A stretch of 62,847 nt of DNA, filler included. It is 12 parts of 12 records of this genome, joined end to end, with 100 filler letters (N's around TTAATTAATTAA, not from the genome) between each part and the next. Parts side by side here need not be neighbours in the genome. Positions count along the whole stretch, not along the records: positions 11,576 to 18,055 come from SRR7504441_27706; positions 18,156 to 21,627 come from SRR7504441_27754; positions 21,728 to 28,959 come from SRR7504441_27853; 9 more parts are not named here. One strand, written 5' to 3'. Shown here in pieces: positions 11,576-21,728 of this stretch. Position 1 is the stretch's first letter, and each line of letters starts with the position of its first letter. Below the pieces are notes generated by a model. That model was given only the letters and a program-made list of their open reading frames with translations. It had not been told where the DNA came from and made no database searches. The position numbers and the translations under genes are program-made.

Positions 11576-14500
11576 GACCCATCGGACAGCTTAGGGCGGG
11601 CGTGTGGTCCACACACGCAGTTATGGCAGACTCACATCCATAACCGTGTTCTCTCCCTGGTGCTGCCACGTGATGCTCTCCCTGGCAGCCTCGAGCAGAT
11701 CTTCCTCGACTGTACTAGCGATTCCATCATCGCTCATACGATCACCCTGCAGCAGACATAACGTAAGCAGGATCAGTCACAGCAACATGCCATACCGGTC
11801 TGGATAGGTCAAGCCCGGTCGCTTTCAGCCTCGGAATGATGACAGTCAAGTCACCTTGTAAAGGCAGCAAGCTCAGCACGCCTTAAGCTCAGGTGAGAGC
11901 ACCGTGTAGCACAATGTCGTTGAAAATGCTGAGCTCGTTGCCTGGAACATAGTCTTCATAACTCTCTAGCAGCGCCTCGCTGAGGTCCGTCAATAGAACT
12001 GTCTTTGGACCTAATGTCTCTATATCCTCATCTATGTTGACGAACTCAGAGAAGAGTCGCAGTTGCGCGCAGAGGAATGAGCACAGCTCGAATACTTGCA
12101 TGCCACTGCCCAATCGCGTGTGTGTCAGCTTGGTGAACATGGTGAAGCGATTATGTAAGACTTTGACCAAAAAGTGCTGCTCAAACCAAGAATCGGCTTC
12201 AACCGCCTCCTCGTCCACATGTACAAATGCAGCGTTCATTGGCGTCTGTAACACAGCAGCATCAGCTAAAGACCGCCCACACAGTGGCGCATAGGTTCAA
12301 GCAGGCACTGCAGGCATTGGATACCCTCGACATGTACTTGGTGATCTCTTTGTCGTGTGGGAACTTCCCCAGGAGCAAAGAACACAGTGGGTGCACTTCC
12401 TGCAACATTCAGGTAAGACAGTCACCCCCCAACTCATGACAGGCGCAGCTGTCACCTGTTGCACTGTTGTGTATAGCTTCCAATTCTGTCGCAGTCGCCA
12501 CTCGCACTGGATCCTGTGGATCTGATGAAGGCAGTGCTCGTAGCTTTCGTTGTCATAGTTCTCCAGCGAGACACCAGCGGACATGATCCCGAAGACCAGC
12601 TTCCTAAGATCGTCGTGTGGCTTATCAGGGCAAAAGTTCCTTAGAATTACATACAGCTCGCCCATGCTTTCAGCCCTGCTCTCCTCGTTCCTCTCGAACA
12701 GCTCTATGAAGATACCAAGGAAGAGCTGAGTGAACAGTATCGTGGCAATCATGACATAAAGCATGAAGTACCCCATGACGATCTTATATGTGTAAGTAAC
12801 AGTCCAGTCCATCACCCCATTCCAACCTTCACCCACAAGCAGCTGCATTATGGTAGCCAATGCGTTGAATGGAGTGCTCCAATAGTTCTGCTCGTCATGG
12901 GAGGGCACTTCCAAATCCCTGAACAAAACATATCCTAGGGTTGCAAACAAATACATGAAGAACAGCAACAAGGTGAAGTAAACCGTCACGGGTTCGATCC
13001 CCGTTGAGACGGAATACAGCAATGCGGAAAACTGAGGCACCGTCACAAGGCACCGGAAGGTGGATAGAGCCATAATCATCTGAAGTGCTTGAGTCTCCTT
13101 TCTGTCGGCGAAGCTAGAGTCCATCCTGTCAATCAAATAGAAGACGAGGCCAAAGAATGAGATACAGACAAAGCAGAACTGCCACTGCCGCTGCAGCTTA
13201 GTCTCGGGTTCAGTATTCCTCCCCCAGCGCAGGTATGTGAAAACACCCTTGAGCTGGATAACTCTCAGTACCATGTCTACAGCGTGCGCACTGGTAAACG
13301 CAACTGCGAGAAAGTTTAGGAACTCCTCGTTAATCTTAGTGCCGTAGGATGCCAAGAAAAGGAGCTGCACAGCTGTCACGGCAGTAACAATCTTGTTCCC
13401 GTCCGCTTCGGTGGCACCATAGAACTGGTCCTGTGCCACCCGCTGTGCCTTCTTCAATTCGTAATCAAGAAGAATCCGTCGCTGCAATAGCATCTTGAGC
13501 CGGTCCTGCCTTTCGTTCCTTTCGTCCAGACTGAGAGTCACTTCGGGAGTCTCGAGACCATCTTCCAGTTGCTTTTTTGTCATATCTAAGCGGACAATCG
13601 ACATCATCTTGTGGAACACCTCGTTGAAATGCAGCTCAGGCATTAGCTTCAGATATGTGCAAATCTCAGCAAACTCTGTGAAGTCAATACTGTTACTTTC
13701 ATTGATGTCCAATAAGTCGAACACCCGCCCCGAGTAGTCTAGCATCACGCCTTTCATCTTCTCAAGATCGTGCTGGGAGACAGGCTCAGGATCCATTCGG
13801 TTGACCTCGCGCTCAAGTTTGACCCGCTCTAGCTTGACACGCTGAGCTTTACGTTCGGCAATCTTTGCATTGAGCACCCTCTTCTTCTGCTGATGCTCAC
13901 AAAGCTTGAGAAGAACTGCCTTCTGGTTCTCACTCTCCCAGAACATTGCCATCATCATAGTGAACGATTTGCGCTGTATCGTCAGTTTGTTCTCCAACGT
14001 GTCCTCCAGCTGCTCTTTGTATTCTTCTTTGCTGACAGCTCTCCGATCTGGCAGTTTATCTAGCCTCGCTCCTGGAAGATTGTATGTCCACAGGCAGAAA
14101 GTTGGAGCCACGCCATTAAACAAACGCTCTTTCTCGATCATGGTCATCTCCACAACTTGTGCATTGTATTGACTTTGGAAGGTAGCAATAAGGAGGGAGC
14201 CCAATAAGAAAAGTCCTATGAGGGTCCAGACAACAAAGAAGAAAAAGTACCAATCAGAGAGTTCCAAAGCAGCAGGGACAATGTCAGCATAGTTCTCCCC
14301 AGTCGCGACAAGGACAAACATCTCTTTGAAAGAGTCCATAAAGTCATCAAGACTTGGCTGGTCAGAACATGTTTCGCAATTTGTCATCTCGGTGCGGAAC
14401 AACAGCAAGGCGAGCACTGCTGATACAATTATGGTCATGAAAAACACTAGGAAGACGGAGAACGACTGGTATATTGTGAGAAAGAAGAGAATCAGAGCCT

Positions 14501-17500
14501 TGAATACCTTCCTTTCTCTCCACAAAAGCATCCAGGGACGTGTGAATCGTAAGGGATCGGCATATCCGCACGCCTTGACTATGAGGAAGATGACATTCAG
14601 GATCACAGAACCCAGATTGAGGGCCTTAAGCCAAGAATATGGCATGTTGAGTTCTTTACGCTGCACAAGTGTGAAATAGAAGTCCATGCCCGCATCAAGC
14701 AACAGCACCTGCCAACAAATCAGCCATGTTGGCCGCAGCCAGCTATGCTGTCTTGCTTACCATAATGACTGTGAACTCTAGACCAAGGACTACCCCATCA
14801 TCACTAGCACTGGCATACTCGAAGGCGATAAAGAGATAGATGAGCACTACCATCAGGCATTGCCAATTTGGATTCTCTGTCATGGTTGCATTCATGAAGG
14901 CGAGGACTGATCTCCTTTTGGCCTTCTGAAGGTCCCAGACCTCGGCTTCATCATCGACCTGGTCATCCTTGTTGGCTACAGTCGACGAGGTGCCTTGGCC
15001 AAACAAGGTTCCAGAGCTAGCGCCATTTGAAGCTGAGGCAGATGACTCGTCACCACCGGTGTAGTCGTCATAACTGTCTTGAAGGTGCTCCAAATGCTTA
15101 CTCGAAAATCCCCTGACACTAGCAGCATGCTGCAGCATGATCAACCGGTCAACCCCTCCATCGCCTCTCTGTGCTTCGGAGAGGAATTCGATGGCACTGT
15201 TAGAGCGGTGCTGCGACCTAGCATAGTTTTGTACCATCTTTTCCTTGAGGAATCGCATGGTAGAGCAAACAAGTTCAGCTGCTTTTAGCCTGACATTTTG
15301 TTCGTAGTTTTCATAGCTCCATTTGTAGGTCCTAAGGTCTTTCAGTCTTTCGAGTTCTTCGTAATTGTCTTTTCTTCGTTTCTCCTCCTTGGCCCGGTCA
15401 TGTTCGTCACATTCCTCACCAAAGTCCTCGAACACCCTTCTCTCAACAACATCGAGACGGTCATCCTTCAAGTAAGTGACGACAGCAACAAGAATGAACG
15501 CCATAAGAATGAACCCAACCAACAAGAGTACAAACGAGAGGTATTGCTGACTATCTGATGTCGAGTAGAAGTAATCGTAGCTGGCAGTCACTACCTGCGT
15601 CCAGTCGAGATCAACAGGCATGCCCACGCGCAGTATCTTCATGACAGGGTCGCCTTTAGCTTGGAAGTAGCCCTGGGATGAGCTCCAATCGTACGAGAAC
15701 CAACCAGCAATAGTCTGGCTCTGTGATGAAATGGAGCTGTCGCCATACGCATAGGCAGAAACAGTTGCTTGGTCCCGTGAGCTTGAAACCACGCTTTCAT
15801 CTATTGTGGAGGCCCCAATCATTGAAGCTGAGTGAGTCTGAACAATCCAGGAGCGCCCATCGCCGTCTGGGTCGAGCGCTCCGTTGCTCAAGCTAGTGGA
15901 GATGTCTGCTAGCGCCAGGTCTGCACCAAAGATACCAGCCAAACCTGATGCGTAGGTGATTGGCCTCACATTGCTTATCCCAGCTTTGGCATCAGCTCCA
16001 GCATATGAGTAGACGTCAGACCAATATGCTCCAGTAGGGTAGGTAGACGATGAGAGCCCCTGATATACTGCTAATCCAGTGATGTACCAGGGCCGTGCAG
16101 TCGCAGCGTACTTGTAGGTAGAAGTGTACAGCGTGTTTGCAGTGCGCTGTTTGGTGGAGGTGTCATATTCATATTCAGTGTACAGATAGTTTGTGCTGGC
16201 ATCAGCCACAGCAATGACTTTTCCCGTCCAAGTTGAAGTGGTGTCGCTCGATGTTCTGCCACAGCCAATAAAGTATCCGTTCGGGAATCCAATGTAGGCA
16301 TATGAAAGGTCTGGATAGCTGTCCAAGTAATCGCAGAACATCTGGTCCAGGTTGGAAGTCGCGAGCGTTGCAGCACACTGGTCCCTGGTGAATGCAGCAA
16401 CTGCGAGGTAGAGAGGGTCACTGACCGCTAAATCATTAAACCGTTGCAGCTGGAGCTCCCAATCGTTTGACTGCAGTGCGTTCACTTCATGTGCCATCAT
16501 CACTGTAAACTCAGTGGACTCGAGAGAGTACTGTGCAGAGCTCAAAAGACACGTCCTGACCGCTTTGTAGACAGCATCGGTGGAAACAATGCTCCACCCT
16601 AGCCAGATGACCACCAGAACGAGCATGGTAATGCTCATAAAAATTACCGCTTTCCGGGTCTGACTCTCTACAAATTTGTCCCTGCTCTCATCACCCTTCT
16701 TGTCCTCATCTGAGCTGAAGAATTTCTCCCGAATAGGAAAGTATGCCCAGACACAGAGCCCTATGACACCAAGCACACAGATGATGATTCCGGCGAGTGC
16801 ATAAGCTGATTCATCGCCATATACCTCATAGTGAGTCAACACACTGAAGATGAGCAAGCGCAGCCCATAGGTGTCCGTGAAAGAAAATGCTGCCACAGTG
16901 TCTGTGTTGTACTCAGCAACGTAGCCAACTTGACTGTAAGTGGTCAGGCTGTCCCAGTTGCTGCCAATGCTGCTGTATACACCGCTCGAAGTGGTGCTCA
17001 CACTCTTGTCAGCATAAGCTGTCACGTCTGTCAGGCTAGTTATCGTACTTCCCTCAAGGTCACTGAAACCCACCAGTGTTCCGGTCTGGTCGGCGACATA
17101 AGAAATGCCGTAACTGGGGTGGTAGAATGACATCAGATAGTTCATATGCTTGCTTTCGATGTAGCTGACCGCAACCCCTTTGGTCGTCCCTGTGCTGTCG
17201 TCTATCCTAAGCACATGGTACTGCTGAAGCGCCTGACCACAACCGACTTAGCTCGCTGACCGGGGGCAGCCAGATTACCCCAGTGAACTCGGAGAGGCTC
17301 GCAGAGGTCTCCCATTGCCGGCCGCTCTGTGCAATGCCCGCGGTGTACCAGCTCTGGGAAGTGACGCTATACCCAGCCACCTGCCCAGCAGCTCGAGCTG
17401 TCGACAGCCGGGCCCGCACCTCGGCAACATACGTGTTGAAGTCCATCGAGTATGTGTAGACACACGTGCTCCCGGGACAGTTGGAGCCAGTCTGGGTGAT

Positions 17501-18055
17501 TGGCAGAATCCTCGCATTGCCACTGGTCAAAGTCGCGTCCTGCACTACTCCGCACGGGAGCGCGCCACAGGCAGAAGAGTATCGGATAGCCCCGACGAGC
17601 CCGCCGGCCGTCGTGCCGACCCACACCCCATCGATGTCTGGGTAGTCGTTCAGGGTGAGCACGGCGTAGTACGTCGCGAATTTGACCCCGTCGCTCGTGG
17701 TGCCTGCGCACCCGTGTCAGCTCAGGCACTCAGGCAGGCGCACTGAAGAAATCAGCCTGCCCGCGCTGATAGTAGCTGTCCATCAGCCCCTGCCAGCCCA
17801 CCCGCCGTGAGCTAGCTCGGTCGGCGGCTGGCAGCGCCACTGACCACTATCGCGCTGACATTGGTCACATAGTCTTTCACAGACAGGCTCAAACCGTCGC
17901 TTACATAACCCAGCGAGCTGCGGGCCAGCGGGCGGGCCGCGTCGTCTGCATTGAGCAGCCAGATGGTCCTGCCCCCAGCCCGTGAGCCTCGACAAGCCGC
18001 GTCCAGTCAGCGCACCACATCATCGCAGTCACTGCGACCAGCACCACCACCACCG
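11576..18055 (-). CDS. Large membrane protein: TM-dCache-TM, TM-dCache-TM, then a two-pore (2x6TM) cation channel with EF-hand and IQ-like tail; 5'-partial, probably also 3'-partial
   Basis: ORFs 17207-17662, 14743-17214 and 12297-14708 join in frame through phase-0 GT-AG introns (EFTG|ALQQYHVLRIDD; 14709-14760 EFTVIM|VLLLDAG). dCache motif YAATARPWY...WSDVY...FGAD. Pore loops FVLVATGENY and QLLVGEGW. EF-hand DINESNSIDFTEF between the two channel repeats. Confidence 0.8.
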
Positions 18056-18155
18056 NNNNNNNNNNNNNNNNNNNNNNNNNNNNNNNNNNNNNNNNNNNNT
18101 TAATTAATTAANNNNNNNNNNNNNNNNNNNNNNNNNNNNNNNNNNNNNNNNNNNN
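18056..18155. other. Artificial contig spacer
   Basis: N44-TTAATTAATTAA-N44. Confidence 0.97.
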
Positions 18156-18306
18156 CATGATACATTGTCTTAGTACATGTATTGTCTTAGGCAATACTAT
18201 AGTATATCAAAAATTAAAGGCGTCTGCAGCCAGCCTGCAGCTGATCCACTACTAAGCTACCATCTATGGGGGTGTAACTATATAGCGTATATAGCGCCTT
18301 GATTGT

Positions 18307-19377
18307 TTAAGGAAGCGTTATGCGTTCTTGATATTCCAATTGCACGATTGAGCCGTCGTCCTTGAAGCTCAATGGTGCGAAATACAATAGGTCTCGGTTA
18401 CGAGGTCCGGTACCCGGCGGCTCACCCGAGGTTTGCCACTGGTTACCTAGTAGTAAAGTAGTGTTGCCCACGGTGAAACTAGCGGTAGCCTGCGCTCGCC
18501 AGGCGTACACACACCCGGGCAGCCCAGGCCTGCCCCTCTGCTGACTGCAGGTCGTAGCGTTGCCACTGGTTCCGGGAATGGTGCCAATATCTGCTTGGAA
18601 ACTGAACGGGCCGAGCGGCGACGGTGCACGAAAGACCAACACTGTCGACCCGCCCTTGCAGGCGCAGCAGCCCGAGCCGAGCGTGATATAGTAGCTACCG
18701 GCGTGCTTGAAGAAGACAGGCCCCTCGGTGCCGTACCGAATGCTCGGAGGCGGGCTGAAGCTGCTAGCGTTGCCCTGCACGTGGAGGTAATCGTCGGAGA
18801 GCTGTTGTATGATATTGCCAGTGCGCACCTGGTACGCCCTGCCGTCTTCATCCACCATGATTGAATGGTCGCCTATCTTCCCACCGGTCTGGCCGGTGCC
18901 GTTGACCACAGTCCGAAACGGGCCAGCTGGGTTGTCCGCAACGGCCACGGCGTAGCCGACCTGCCCTGGGTGCCTGTTCTCGTACCACATGACGTACTGC
19001 CGGGTCCGTTGATTGTACACCACCGCCGGTCGGAATATTGTTCCCGGCTGGCGGGCTTGAGTGCTCAGGGCCACGCCACGGTAGTCCCAGGCCCGCAGGT
19101 CAGTGCGGTAGACCAGCACTGAGTGGTTGCCGCCGTATACACAGGTCCTGCTGGCGCAGCAGCCCTCGAGCCAGGGGTACTGGGCGCCACAGAAGCATTC
19201 GCCCCAGTTGTTGAAGTAGAAATAGTAGTAGCCGTCCGGCGCCAGAAGCACCGACGCCTCGCCAGTGGTGATCGGGCGGCCGGACAGGTCCACTGGCAGC
19301 GCGGTGTTGGATAGCCGGATCCTGTCCGGCACTGCCCGCGCCAGCACCGCCAGCTGAAGCCACACCCGCAGCCGCAT
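18307..19377 (-). CDS. Secreted glycoside hydrolase, family 43-like (five-bladed beta-propeller), intronless
   Basis: Signal peptide; FRPAVVYN..T..YVMWY, AVADNPAGPF, GDHSIMVDEDGRAY, EGPVFFK..GSYY, APSPLGPF. Confidence 0.8.
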   Translation of the reverse strand: MRLRVWLQLAVLARAVPDRIRLSNTALPVDLSGRPITTGEASVLLAPDGYYYFYFNNWGECFCGAQYPWLEGCCASRTCVYGGNHSVLVYRTDLRAWDYRGVALSTQARQPGTIFRPAVVYNQRTRQYVMWYENRHPGQVGYAVAVADNPAGPFRTVVNGTGQTGGKIGDHSIMVDEDGRAYQVRTGNIIQQLSDDYLHVQGNASSFSPPPSIRYGTEGPVFFKHAGSYYITLGSGCCACKGGSTVLVFRAPSPLGPFSFQADIGTIPGTSGNATTCSQQRGRPGLPGCVYAWRAQATASFTVGNTTLLLGNQWQTSGEPPGTGPRNRDLLYFAPLSFKDDGSIVQLEYQERITLP

Positions 19378-19442
19378 CACCCCGATCTCACAGCGCTGTG
19401 CTCAAGCAGAGCCGGCACTCTCCAAAAATAACGGAATCCGCA

Positions 19443-21500
19443 ATGCATCACTGCTGTCTACCGCTGTTGGTGCTGCTGGTGCACGGAACCCAGGCTACCG
19501 ACTTTGAGAGGCTGATCGCACAGGCTCACTCGGACGCTCAGCGGAACAAGGACGCTAGGGTGGCCTCCTACTCGTGGGACCCGTCGATCAACCGCCCGAG
19601 CTGGCCAAACACCGTGGCCAATCCGTGGCCGACCTCGTACGTATACGGCGGGCTCACCCCGACGTTGGCCGTGCTGTTCCGGAAGGGGAATGCCACCGAA
19701 GTCAGTGCGGCCGACCAGTTTTATCTGGAGGCGCTCCCAACCTGGATCAACTCAACCTTCAGCCAGCCGATCAGCAGCAAGGTCAACTGCAAGCAGCTCG
19801 GCCCAGACGGCTACCCTCCACTCGGCTGTTACGGTTCAGGCTGCCCGCTAGAGCATACTTTGCTCTCACGGGCCTTTGCCATGCACAGCTCGGCCTCTCC
19901 TTTTGTCAAATCTGGAGCCGTGACGGGCTTCAGTAACGCCACGGAGCAGGCCATGCAGCTGTTCTACTTCCGGTACCTGCAGAACTGGCGGCTGTTCTAC
20001 CCACACGAGCTCGACGAGGTGCACCAAATGTACGACTCGGGTAACATCGACACTGTCAGGAAAACGGCGGCCTTCTTGGCTGCCGAGACTCTGGCACAGG
20101 ATCCAAAGTACGCGGCCCTCAAGCTGAGCCCCGATGGACCGACAGTGGCACAGGCTGCCCAGCGATGGGGCGGCTTCATGGCAGAGTGGCTTGCGTGGAG
20201 AGCAACCAGCGGGCTGTTTGTGGAGCTGGGGGCAGCATACTGGCCTCGCACGTGGCCGGGATTCTTCAACCTGCATGACCTTGCGAGGGACCCGCGAGTG
20301 CGTGCACGGGCCAAAGCGTTCCTTGATATTGCCATGGTGGAAGAGGAACAGACCTCTGCTCGTGGGGTCAGAGCCGGGCAGAGATCACGAGCCAAGAGGG
20401 ACCCTGCAGGGAGCAACCGCTCAATGGTGGGAGACCAGGACGGACTCAGCTTCTGCATGCTGTATCAGATCGGCACGCCTCTTTATGGGGACTATCCGGA
20501 GCGGGCTGGATGCCCTAATCCCGGTGGCACTCTACACCCTGGAATGCACCGCCCTTACTGTAGTTTCAACCGTGTAATCCAGGCGGAGGCCGGCTTCTAT
20601 CAGGCCTCGAATGTGTCGGTGCTGATGCATAAGCTAGGAGTCCCAGGGAGTTTCATATCGAGGAACAGGCTGATTGGGTCGATGACTGCCAGTGATGCGC
20701 CCGATGGTGTGTCGCCTGGCAGCCGTCTCGACTACCCTTCAAAGCAGATCCACTGGCAGAGTCATAGCGAGGCGTACAATATTGCGGGCGTGGTCTTCGA
20801 CCCAAACATCAATGTGATTGCCAACTCGCAGCAGCGATGGACTGGCATGGTGTTCACTAACCAGTTTCACACGACTTTTGGGCTGGACCATCTGACTGGA
20901 GAAAAATGGAGCGCAGTGTCTGATGGGGTGATGATTGCTCAAAAGTGCGCCCCGCACTGCTCTCGGTATGATGGCTGGCCTTTGGTCGAGCTCTACAACA
21001 CCACATCCATCACACTGCTCGGAGAGTGGGCTGTGGCTGTTGCGTCAGACGATGCAGGGAAAGAGTGGGGGTATGGTGCCGTGCGGGCAGTCTGGGGCGG
21101 CTCTCGCTTCATCAACCTCACAACCAGTGCAGATGTCCACGTACAGGGGCAGCTGAAGCTCAATGATCAGTGGAGCCCTCTCATGATGGTTGGCGGCTCA
21201 GCGTCCGCATTTGGCTCGCTGGCAAACTTTTCGACCTTTCTTCATCAAGCGGATTCCCAACTGCAAGTGTCCTCAGACCGCAAGACGCTGCAAGCCGTCT
21301 GGGGAGATGCCCACATCGAGTTCTTCCCCAACGATCAGGCTGGAAAGTATGTTCTGCCCAAAGTGAATGGAGAAACTGTTGATGTGGACCCAAAGGATTT
21401 CTCTTACGATGGACCTCACCTCAAGACAAACAGCTCCATGCCCACGTCAGTCGAGACTCGCTACCAAAACTACGTCATTGCGTATGATTTTACCGACTGA
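19443..21500 (+). CDS. Secreted uncharacterised protein (about 685 aa), intronless; possibly a carbohydrate-active enzyme
   Basis: Long uninterrupted ORF; signal peptide MHHCCLPLLVLLVHGTQA; helical N-half (GLFVELGAAYW...NLHDLA.D..VR.RA..FLD) and beta-rich C-half; N-glycosylation sequons. Confidence 0.7.
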   Translation: MHHCCLPLLVLLVHGTQATDFERLIAQAHSDAQRNKDARVASYSWDPSINRPSWPNTVANPWPTSYVYGGLTPTLAVLFRKGNATEVSAADQFYLEALPTWINSTFSQPISSKVNCKQLGPDGYPPLGCYGSGCPLEHTLLSRAFAMHSSASPFVKSGAVTGFSNATEQAMQLFYFRYLQNWRLFYPHELDEVHQMYDSGNIDTVRKTAAFLAAETLAQDPKYAALKLSPDGPTVAQAAQRWGGFMAEWLAWRATSGLFVELGAAYWPRTWPGFFNLHDLARDPRVRARAKAFLDIAMVEEEQTSARGVRAGQRSRAKRDPAGSNRSMVGDQDGLSFCMLYQIGTPLYGDYPERAGCPNPGGTLHPGMHRPYCSFNRVIQAEAGFYQASNVSVLMHKLGVPGSFISRNRLIGSMTASDAPDGVSPGSRLDYPSKQIHWQSHSEAYNIAGVVFDPNINVIANSQQRWTGMVFTNQFHTTFGLDHLTGEKWSAVSDGVMIAQKCAPHCSRYDGWPLVELYNTTSITLLGEWAVAVASDDAGKEWGYGAVRAVWGGSRFINLTTSADVHVQGQLKLNDQWSPLMMVGGSASAFGSLANFSTFLHQADSQLQVSSDRKTLQAVWGDAHIEFFPNDQAGKYVLPKVNGETVDVDPKDFSYDGPHLKTNSSMPTSVETRYQNYVIAYDFTD

Positions 21501-21627
21501 ATGTATCTCCTCTAGTGGTTTGCCATACCAAGGAGTCTTACATGTAAGCTTAATTAAGCATTTTCATCCGGGCGATGTGTAACACTACCGCGTTTACTGC
21601 GTACATGAACTGAAGACGATAAACCCG

Positions 21628-21727
21628 NNNNNNNNNNNNNNNNNNNNNNNNNNNNNNNNNNNNNNNNNNNNTTAATTAATTAANNNNNNNNNNNNNNNNN
21701 NNNNNNNNNNNNNNNNNNNNNNNNNNN
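21628..21727. other. Artificial contig spacer
   Basis: N44-TTAATTAATTAA-N44. Confidence 0.97.
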
Positions 21728-21728
21728 G

